Positions 41,538 to 52,700 of a stretch of 64,000 nt of DNA are shown piece after piece. The translations under genes were made by a program, and so were the position numbers. Origin of the DNA: Octopus sinensis (taxonomy: Eukaryota); contig NC_042997.1 in the NCBI RefSeq assembly GCF_006345805.1, positions 202,430,001 through 202,494,000 on the forward strand, given 5' to 3'. The notes beneath the pieces are model-generated. The model had not been told where the DNA came from. It ran no database searches and saw nothing but the letters and a program-made list of their open reading frames with translations. Numbering within the stretch: position 1 is the stretch's first letter; the number at the start of each line of letters is the position of its first letter.

Positions 41538-43954
41538 GGCTGTGAGATGGCAGAGTCATTGGAATGTCAGTCACAATGTCTGGCGGTGTTTCTTTCAAAT
41601 CACTATGTTCTGAGTTCAAATTCCACAAGGGTAAAATTTGCCTTTCATCCCTCTGGTTTCAAAGTAGCAGTTAAATGTTGGTGTTGTTGTCATTGACTTT
41701 TCCCCTCCTCTTCAAAACTACTCACCTTGTGCCAAAATCAGAAAGATTATTATTTATTTTTTGAATTCTTCCTATAAAGAAAATGTTGGATTCTAACAAT
41801 GAAACAAAGCTCCATCAAAGGGATTTAGCTAAAAGTAACCATGAAGCATTACATGTGAAACTTTAACAAAATCTTCCATATTTTTACTGTTCCACTTATT
41901 GTTTCTTTGACAGCTTTTTGAGTTCACTACTTAGACATTTACTAACAGAACCAGGCTAACTGCTGAACCAATTGGTGCAGGCAGCATGGAGCATGGTATC
42001 ATTAATGTAGAGGGACAACTAGTCTTACAGACATTGGACAGGTTTATTGATGAAGGCAGAGGATAGAAGTGGTCCTATGGGACTGATGCCATAATAAGTG
42101 ATAGATCAATGTTGGCCTGAAAGGGTAACTTTGGATTTCCAGTTAAAGCTGCTTTGAAGCAACTTTAGCATTTCCCAATGTATTTGGATTCAGGTCTGTC
42201 AAACCATTTATCTATCAAAACCTCTTTTGATGTCCGAGGTTATGATGCACACCTAGGGGACATCAAGATTAGTCCTCAATGTTTATAAAAATAGAAAATA
42301 ATTACATCTGCTGTTTTAATCAGAAGCAGAATTGCCTCCCAGAAATTTTTCTTTCAGCCCTTTTGATATCAACCTGCTTGAGTCTAGCCTAGAACCTATG
42401 GTACAAACTATATATTTTAAAGTGATTTAAATTTAAAACCTTCCATCAAAACTTATGTCAATTTATGTTCCAAACACCTGCTGAAGAACAAGATTATTTT
42501 ATTAAATTCTTCATTATTCTCAAAATTAATTGAAATATGGTACCAAAAGAGTTAAGCAAATAGATTCCATTACGATGACGAAGAAGGGGGAGGAGGAGGA
42601 GAAGAAGAAGAAATGAAATAGCTTGATATTTTGACAGATCACTGACCTAGGCTTCACATCTTATAAGAATCAGAGAAACAATCTTCCACCAGTTTGTAAA
42701 TGACACGCATGACACAAAGAGATAAAATAGGTAATGTAGGAGAGGGGGGAGTGGTAGTTTGATGTAACATTTCTTCTGGACTCTGGCTAGAATTAGCTCA
42801 GAGTCAGTGTCTTTATCAAGTTTGACTCCCCACAACTTTACGAAAATAATTCCATTCTGATGCACTTTAATATCAGAAGGTTGCTTCATCAGCGAATGGT
42901 CGGTTCTTACATTTTTAATATACAACCCTCTTCAGCTTACCCTCACTCCCCAGCAAGCATGGCTGTGTGGTTAAGAAGTTTTCTTCCCAACCATGTGGTT
43001 TTGGTTCAGTTTCATTGTGCAGTGGCCCCAAGCCAAGCAAAACATTGTGAGTGTATTTGGCTGACAGAAACTGAAAGAAACCCATCATATATATACATGT
43101 ATGTGTGTGTACTCTTGTCTTGGCATCACATGGAGGCTGTAGAACAGGTATTACCATCATGCAAGTGATGGTATTCATTTCCATTCTTCCAAGACAAACA
43201 CATCTGACAATATGACATTGCTTGATAACAGGTGAAGGTTGGAGACAGGATGAGCATCTAGATGTAGAAAATATGCTTAAACAAATTTCATCTGACCCAT
43301 GCAAGCATAGAAAAGTGAGAGTTAAAATGATGATGAAGATGTCCAGCAACATCATGTTCAATCATTTCATCAGATTTTTTTAGATTTCTTTTATTTCTCC
43401 ATTATTAATCTATGCCTTGGTGTTTCCCAGTTTCATTTTGTTGTATCTGTTACACACTGAAGGGGCTTAAGGAGAATGTTCTCTTAAGCCTGATAAACAT
43501 GTATCCACTTCACATCTTTCAACCTCCCACACAAAGTAAATTACATTTTAAGTGTTGATATTTGAGTTAATTTAACAAAACCTTCCACAAAGATATTAGC
43601 AAATAGAATTATATATACATGTTAGTGTGTGTGTGTGTGTTTGTGTATATATATATATACATGTGTGTGTGTGTATACACGTGTTCATATATATATATAT
43701 ATATATATATATGGAAAAAAAGTCAAGATAGAAAATGCTAAAATAATTTTATAAAAAACATTTCAGTACCAGTTTCAGTCATTGTGACTTTTTCAACTGT
43801 AATAATTAAACATTTAAATTTAGAAAAATTAAAAGAAAAGTTTTTTTAAAAGAATATTTGTATAGTGTTCAAATACAGGTGGCATTTTCCTAGTTTCTGC
43901 CTGTCTCTGTCTCTCTTGTTTACTTTGAATACACCATATATATATATACATATG

Positions 43955-44011
<57 letters not shown>

Positions 44012-44274
44012 TATATGGAAAAAAAGTCAAGATAGAAAATGCTAAAATAATTTTATAAAAAACATTTCAGTACCAGTTTCAGTCATTGTGACTTTTTCAA
44101 CTGTAATAATTAAACATTTAAATTTAGAAAAATTAAAAGAAAAGTTTTTTTAAAAGAATATTTGTATAGTGTTCAAATACAGGTGGCATTTTCCTAGTTT
44201 CTGCCTGTCTCTGTCTCTCTTGTTTACTTTGAATACACCATATATATATATACATATGCACACACACATATATA

Positions 44275-44322
<48 letters not shown>

Positions 44323-46696
44323 TGTATTCACATGTATTTAAGCACATGGATATAGACCTGACATTTGGTTATAAAGGAAAGGAACAGAGAGTAACTCATT
44401 GAAAATGTTTCAGTTTTATCCAACCGTTACCAAAAATTAGGTTAACAGCCTCAGAAAATGTTTCCCATTAGCAAAAATTGTTTTTTTCTTTTTTAATGGT
44501 TATGTTTAAATGGCAGTTTGCAGAAAAGAAATCCAGTTGAGAAAATGTCAAATACTACAACTAACAGTAGCATTAAATGTGTGGTTACTCAGCCAACCAA
44601 AAATAGCAGCCAAATGTCCCACAGTCTAGAAGAAAATAAAAGCATGTATGATAATGTAGTTTTAGTTATATTCTGTGAAAGTATAGTCGTCATATAAAGA
44701 CTATTGTTTGTTAGGATGTTGGCCTCAAAATTGTAAACACAGTTTTTGATTCCTGGACTGATTGCACATTGAGACCTTAGGCAAGGTACTTTACATAGTT
44801 TTCTTTACTAGTCCAGTCAGTTATATACATGTATGTATATAAATCACACCCCTAATTTAATGTTAAACCCTGTTATGAAATGTTTTTAACCTTTGCTCCA
44901 TATATAAGTTTTACCTCAGTTTTCTCAGTTACATCCAGGATAAAATAGTGCATCTTACACATATATAAATACAGTAATTCATCAGCCACAGAATGGCATC
45001 TTATAGGCTATTAGAACAAAAATATGCCGCAAATCTAAGATGCGGTCAACAACCTGTTAAAAATTATACAGAAGCAATAATAAATTATGTCTGCAGTAAA
45101 ATTGCAATACATGCTATAAAACTTTTGGTTCTAAGATCTGCACACTAACAGGGCCAGCATTATGTATGAGGGTGCTAAAACCTGGAGGTGCCAGGAAAAA
45201 CTATTCTTATAACCTTAGCCTTCGTATGGCCATGTGGTTAAGAAATTTGCTTTGCAATCACATGGTATCAGGTTCAATCCCACTTCACGACATCCTGGGC
45301 AAGTGTCTTCTACTATAGCCTATGGCCAACCAATGTCTAAGTAAATGAATCTGGTAAATGGAAACTGTGTGGAAGCCCATGCGTGTGTGTTTATTTATCG
45401 CATCCCCATCACCACCACTTAACTACAGTGTTGGTTTGTTTACATCCTTGTGACATAACAATTCACCAAAAGAGACCCATGGAATAAACACTAGACTTGA
45501 AAATAAGTCCTAGGGTCAAGGCAAAGCTCCAGCATGGTCACAGTCCAATGACTGGAATACGTAAAAGATAAAAGATATCTGCCAACCAAGAATAGCTGTA
45601 ATTACTGGAACAGTCTTTTAGCAGAAACTTTAATCCTCCCCACTTAAATCATTGATACTGTTTTGTACACAATATCTTATTATCATAAGATACCACTACT
45701 ACTACTGCTACTGGCTGTGTTTGTAAACAGTCACAACTGAGAGAAGTATTCCTTGTAGTGCTAGTTCTTGGCCATTGAATACCTTGGCACCAGCCCTGCA
45801 CAGTGCAGGCTTAGAGAAAAGTTACTCTGCATCGCTCTCATTACTCTATGTTGTATTGGTGTAATTGTAGGTTACTACACACACACACAATTTCTCTATA
45901 GCTGTATCATTGTAGCAGGCTGTATTGCTGCTCTATAACATACTCCAAATACTGTAGATAAATTTGCTAATATGATACCACATACAAAAAAACAGCAGTG
46001 GTGTTATATTTAATTATATGTTGCAAATAACTTGTTTATTTGCCACAAGTAAATTTACTACTGCAACTATATATATATATATATATATATCTTGGGTGAA
46101 ACACTGTCACGACCACCATCACAATCATATTTTGCATCTATCCTCCTAGGCTTGCATAATTTGACCTAGTAGGGGTGGGGGAAGTATAGTTCATTTTTTT
46201 CTTAATACCAGGATTGTTGAAGTAGAGCAGCATTGGCTGTAGGCTTCGAACAGACCAATCACTGTTCCACTTCATACAGGGTGGTAAGAAGTACAAAGAA
46301 CTTCATTCATTCAAAGGACCTTGGCTTCTCACTGATGTTTACATCTCTTGCCTATATATACCAGCAAAAGTTTTATTTGTGTGTGTATATATATTATATA
46401 TATATATATCTTGGGTGAAACACTGTCACGACCACCATCACAATCATATTTTGCATCTATCCTCCTAGGCTTGCATAATTTGACCTAGTAGGGGTGGGGG
46501 AAGTATAGTTCATTTTTTTCTTAATACCAGGATTGTTGAAGTAGAGCAGCATTGGCTGTAGGCTTCGAACAGACCAATCACTGTTCCACTTCATACAGGG
46601 TGGTAAGAAGTACAAAGAACTTCATTCATTCAAAGGACCTTGGCTTCTCACTGATGTTTACATCTCTTGCCTATATATACCAGCAAAAGTTTTATT

Positions 46697-46732
<36 letters not shown>

Positions 46733-49700
46733 CGGTTTAGGCAGTTGAGATTCAAGTGAGTTCTAATGAATTCATATGAATATGGTCCTTAACTAGGATG
46801 CACCGGAAATCTATATGGTGTTAACCATACGACAAAGTGGGGTGATTACAAATAGGAAAAAAGCAACAAGAATGGATCAATATATCGGTACAATTGTTTC
46901 GTACAAGGACATCTTTAATAAAGCTACAAAAATTGCAGTAAATATAGGTGGCTCGTACTCATCAGCCGAAAAAACATCCTACTATGAACTATATATGGAC
47001 AAGCACATATTCTGTGAGTTCGATACCTCTCATCGGATCTCCAGGAATCAAACTTTCTTCAATACAGATAAACTCACACCCTCATTTTTATCTTCACTTT
47101 CTGGAAAACTAAGTTGTTTTGAAAAAACTTTTTAATAACCTGATATATGACTGTGTAATACTAATTGAACTCTTAGAAACCAATTTGTTATCTAAATTCT
47201 CATTTTTATAGAATTATCCATGATGTTTCACGAGTGTAACATTACCCCCTTTGATGTTTGGGAATCTCAGATGTTTTTTCGGCTGATGAGTACGAGTCAC
47301 CTATATTTACTGCAATTTTTGTAGCTTTATTAAAGATGTCCTCGTACGAAACAATTGTACCAATATATTGATCCATTCTTGTTGCTTTTTTCCTATATAT
47401 ATATATACGTACACACACATACATACACACACATACACACTCTCACACACACTGACAGGCATTGTTGTGTGGCTAAGAAGTTTGTTTCACAACCACAAGG
47501 TTACAGGTTCAAACCTACTGCTCAGCACCTTGAGCAAGTGTCTTCTGCTCATGCTCCAGGCTGACCCAAGCCTTGTGAATGGATTTAGCAGATGGAAACT
47601 ATGTGTGTGTGTGTGTGTATGTGTAAGAGGGAGCACTGATATTCCACTGGTCACTACAAAAGCAATGTAGTTCTTTTGCTTAAATTGCTTGCAGACATTA
47701 TGGTCTGTTGTTCCACACTTTTGAAAACCTTTGAAATATTAAAGATTCCTTACCAGAAAAACAGGTAAGGGTTGGTTATAAGAAGAGTATCATCTGGCCA
47801 TAAAATCTTGCCTGGAAACCAGTTCTTGTCTAAGCTATCCTAACATGGGGGAAATGGATGTTAAATGAATTGTAGTGACGCCGTCTTGGAAATTGCCTGC
47901 ACGCATGCGCAGAGTTGGATTCTTCCGGGAGGCCTGCCGGAAGTTCCCTCATGCAGAAAACTAGCAGCAGCAAAGTTTCCCTCACTCGGCCTCTCGAAAG
48001 CTGACAGCCAAACAGGACGGTTGTGTTTTAGCAGCTCTCTCTCAAGCTGCCACCTCGTGGCCTTGCTACACTATGCTTGAATGGACAGGATTGGCTCAGT
48101 GAGCTGGCAGAATCGTTAGCACGCCGGGTGAAATGCTTAGTGGTATTTTGTCTGCCATTACGTTCTGGGTTCAAATTCCACCAAGGTTGACTTTGCCTTT
48201 CATCCTTTTGGGGTCGATTAAATAAGTACCAGCTACACACTGGGGTCGATATAATTGACTTAATCCGTTTGTTTGTCCTCTCTGTGTTTGGCCCCTTGTG
48301 GATAGTAAAGAGATAAGATTGGCTCACTCCACTTGACTACAGCGATGAGCTCCTAAGCTGCCGATTCGCCCTGAAGAAAAATGTATATATTCCAAATTCA
48401 GAAATAAAGTATTTATGCTGTTGAAGTTATTCGAAAGTCTTGACTCTTTCCTTCGATTAATATTTTAATGTAAAGGATGAGAGCTGCACCCATCCAGTGT
48501 TACAGACCTTTCATCCTGTTACAATTGGCATGTGCTTGCATGTGTGTGTGTCTGTTTGTATAGAGATAAATTCCTCAGCATTTAAAGTTGACGCTTCATC
48601 CCTTTGCTGCTTGATGCAGTCCTTCAGGTGACAAAATGGGTTGAACATTGAGAGAAAATCTGAATATCAGTGGAGTGTATCATCAGCTTTAAATGAATGT
48701 ATAAACATTTATACATAGGGGCAGGCATGGCTGTGGTGTTAAGCAGCTCACTTTGCGACCATGTCACCTTGGGTTCAGTCCCACCACGCAGCATTTTGAG
48801 AAAGTGTCTTTTACAATAACCCCTGGGCAACAAATGTCTTGTGAGTGAATTTAGTAGACAGAAGCTGTGTAGAAACCCAGGGTGTGTGTGTGTATATGTA
48901 CACATATACACATATGTGAATATGTCTTTGTATCTATGCTTGACAAACAGTACCGGTTTGTTTACATCCCCATGACTTAGTGGTTTAGCAAAAGAGACTA
49001 ATAGAATAAGTAACACACTTAATAAAAGACAAGTATGGCCACAGTGGAATGACTGAAACAAGTAAAAGATTATATTGAGGACTTTTTCTCCCACATGTAC
49101 ATCGAAATGTATGTACATGTTTGTACTTACTAACTTATATCCCATGTTCACTCTTACAATATTTGCGAAGAACTTTTCCAAACCTTCAACATCATGGACA
49201 TGTATATTCATTTTCTTTCATGCCATAACTGTCCTACATGTTTATTTTCCATATCCACACATTTCTTTAATCACTCCATATCAGAGTTTCATAAATTTAT
49301 CATCAAAATCTATTTCAATTTCAAGACCTTATTTATTGCTTCTCTTGTTGTTTTTTTTTTAATTATTTTGGGGGTTTTTTCCTCCCTTTATTCTTCTTTT
49401 TAATGTGAATGTTTCTCTTGGCTCTGTGTCTCTCTCGCTTCCATTTAAGTGACGGAGACCTGGATCATGTGTGTTCTGTCTCATGGTTACTAAAAACTGT
49501 TAGGGTTGGTAACTCTCCATTTATTGTAATGCTGTATTTCAGACGTACACAACGAAGACCTCGACAGATGCCTCCAGAAGAGGACCAATACCATGAAGCT
49601 ATTCATGATAAACATTCCCTACCTCAGTAAGTATGACCAACTCCATCAGAATGCTACATGAGTTAAGACACACACACATGCAAGCATTCACTTATCAGCC

Positions 49701-52700
49701 ATTATCCTGATACAGATCATAAAAGCAAACCATAATTCTTGTACACAAAATGAAATATCAAAGAAATAATATACAGATATTAATAGTTATCGCCATACTA
49801 ATATGGCAGTCTAAATATAAGACTAAAGCTGTCGCTGATTAGCTCCAAGAGGCCACCGCCTCTAGCTAGCTATATGACACATGAACCTGCGTCCATTACA
49901 ACCTTCGAACAGGGGAGGTCAGCCGCTTCACCTTGCTAGTCAGACATCTGCAGACATGTTTCAGGGTTGTTGCCCTTTATCAATGCAGCATAGTCAGAAC
50001 CGTCTGTTCGAAGATTTTATTTACCTAGTTACAGTGGAATACATCCACTTGTTTTCAATAATAGAAATATTAAAATTACTAAGTCTCTCATATTAGTATG
50101 GCGATAACTATTAATATCTAGTAACGCTGCCGTAATCTCCTTTAGAGAGACTTAGTAATTTTAATATTTCTAATATATAGATATTTAGCTGTAAACTGTT
50201 AGCTTTTTTCTGTCTTTGTAAGTTCTTAAAATCTAGGAAGTTAAATAAACTCCAATGATGTAGTGAATATTATTCTGTCAGAAAATCCACTGGCTAAAAA
50301 TTAGTTTAAGTCTAAAAGAAAAAAATAGTTTCCAACTAATAGATTGAAAATGATACAAGAACAAAACTGTTGTGAGATTGAATGTGTCAGTTTGACTCAA
50401 TGAGATAATAATGTCACCTGATTATGGGTAGTGGTAAGTTTGGCTGGTTAACAGCCTGTAGAGATTAAATAATATCCTCATACAGGACTTAGTGCTAAAT
50501 TTGTTGGCAAACTACTTCCCAAGTTTCTGTTTGCTTGTAACATTGCCATCTTTTATAAAAAAGAGTGTAAAGAATTAGTTTTATTTTTCATGTTAACTTA
50601 GAGACTAAATAATTGTCAAAATATTTCGCTTGTTTTGATAACAATTGTTATTAGTTACTCTGAGAAAGAGGAACTATACTGCAGGCTTTCACAGTGAGGT
50701 TTATGAAGATGATATTGAGTTTGAAGCCGTACAGATGTGAAAATAACAGTCACAGTAAATAATGGAGATGTTTAGTGTGACATGAGAGTGAAACAATGAT
50801 TTATTTTAGCCAGTGTGGGTGGAGCCCTGCTATCAGACAAACATGGATAGAAAGTGGACAGGGAGATAAATTAAGAGGATGTCATACAGTTGACAAATTC
50901 AGAGGAGCAGGGGCCATTGTAATAGGAGCAAATGAGACAAAATAATACAGTATGTCAGTAAATGGATATAGTGTGATGATAAAGGCTTGTTTATCAGATG
51001 GATGATCATGGTTGTATGGAGATCACATATGCATGAACATATGGCTGTGCTATCATAGATGTGGTGGTATTTAACCTGACTAAGCAGACCTAAGATAAAA
51101 AGCTTTCCAACTATGACTATCCATCTTGTTTTCAGGTTCAGTGTACCTAGGACCACACTACCGATTTTGTTGCCCCAATGTGAAATAAAGTGTCTTGCTC
51201 AAGGATAAAACACTCTCCCCAATCCTGGAACCAAACTCACAAACTTATTTTCGTGAGACCAATGCATGCTGTGTATTCTCCATTTGTCTCTTTTACTCCT
51301 ACTACAGCGGTCTCTGCTTGTCTGAACTTGCCAACTGTATGATACCCACCAGATGTAACTACTTGAAATAGGAAATGTATTTGCAATTAAACGAGTCAGA
51401 AACTAGTCTGATCTGAAGTAGTTTCTCTGATGTGTAATGTCTGGGTGAGGCAGAATGCTAAGTGCTGTCGTAGAAAACTAGATCGCCATCATTCTATTGA
51501 TAGATGTTAGAGGTTATTACATATCAACAGTCTAATACTGGGAGTGATTTGTTCAACTAAAACTCTTCAAAGTGGTGCCCCCCCCCCCCAAGCATGGCGA
51601 CAATCCATTGATTGAAGCTAGCAAAAGATAAAGGTTGATAGAATAGTGTGTGTGTCCGTAATTCATACTCACTGTTGAAAGGTCGTTCAACAGGAAGTTT
51701 CCAACGCAAAAGTTGAAAAAACTGAATGAAACCCATGAATGAGTGAACACTTTCGTTACACAACTCTCCAACCAGAAGCAGTTGAAGCTTTTGATGATGA
51801 ACAAGCATGACTGGGGGGTCAGGTTGTCTTCCCTAAGTGACCTTTTATGAGGATAGCACTTAAGGCTCTGATGTATAAGCCTGTATAGATTTAGGGGCCC
51901 AGAGTGGGAGGGATTACTAAACTCAAAGGCTGCCCCAGGTGATGCCGCATGTTCTACCTCTGCCACTCTGCTGATACAAAGAGCTATAGCACTGCTTTTA
52001 CCAAAATTTCAGAACTAAAACATTATTGGTATGTGATGTTTACAGGTATTTGTGGAATTTGGTTCTATGTTGTGATTTTCTTACAAACCCATGTTGGTAT
52101 TTTTCTTATTATTTTCCTCTCTCGTTTTTAGACTTTGCTCCAAAAACATTTCTAACAAAATTGTTGTTCTGCTCTGTGATAAGTTTGCTTTACACACCTG
52201 TAAGAGTTAGCACTTCCTTCTCTAAGCCTAGATTCGAAATTGAATCCAAGAATCATCAGTCGTCAAAAACCAATGCATGTATAGGCACGAAATTTAAGGA
52301 TCTCTTTGTTCTGTCAAAAAGTGATTGATCATCTCCCTTTGACCTGCGACTTCAGCCATGTCAGGCGAAGTTCAACTGGACAAGCGCTGACCTACTTAGG
52401 TAGTAACTCTGTTGCAGTATGTCTATCTTTCTAGCTGTCTCAAATATTATAAATACAACGGGGAAAACAGAGAAGACAATTGCAGCGAAGACGGCAGCAG
52501 ACAGATCTATCTCACCCCGCGTTTTGGAAATGACAGAGAAATGCCTACAGTATCTATCGACTACTGTTTCGAATGATTCACGCACACACACACACCCACA
52601 CACACAAACATATTCATCTTTAATATGTGTTATATACAAGCAATTCGTAACAATTGCTTACATTTGTATGTAGTGTACTTATAACCCATGTAAATAAATC

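Larger units (their letters stand above)
43713..44320 (+). repeat. Direct tandem duplication, period 304 bp, bounded by (TA)n
   Basis: ggaaaaaaagtcaagatag at 43713 and 44017; copies look identical outside the microsatellites. Confidence 0.9.
46852..47396. repeat. 127-bp inverted repeat (46852..46978 / 47270..47396, 3 mismatches), each arm carrying a hammerhead
   Basis: Direct base-by-base comparison; both outer ends lie near (TA)n/(CA)n tracts. Confidence 0.92.

Noticed and set aside
41412-41696. Poly-Tyr, poly-Ile and poly-Asn ORFs, and similar YI/TH/LS-repeat ORFs across the window (e.g. 62242..62806)
   Set aside because: These are translations of microsatellites, with no splice or domain support.
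46815-47135. 106-aa ORF, and the related 47242..47430 ORF
   Set aside because: They overlap the hammerhead inverted repeat; the shared peptide reflects the repeat, and no domain is recognisable.
48383-48400. CTGAAGA followed by a weak hairpin in the putative LTR
   Set aside because: No GAAA and no stem I partner could be identified.
49627-49630. Short isoform ending HSLPQ* by read-through of the exon O donor
   Set aside because: The stop is just the TAA within the GTAAGT donor, expected by chance, and no nearby poly(A) signal supports it.
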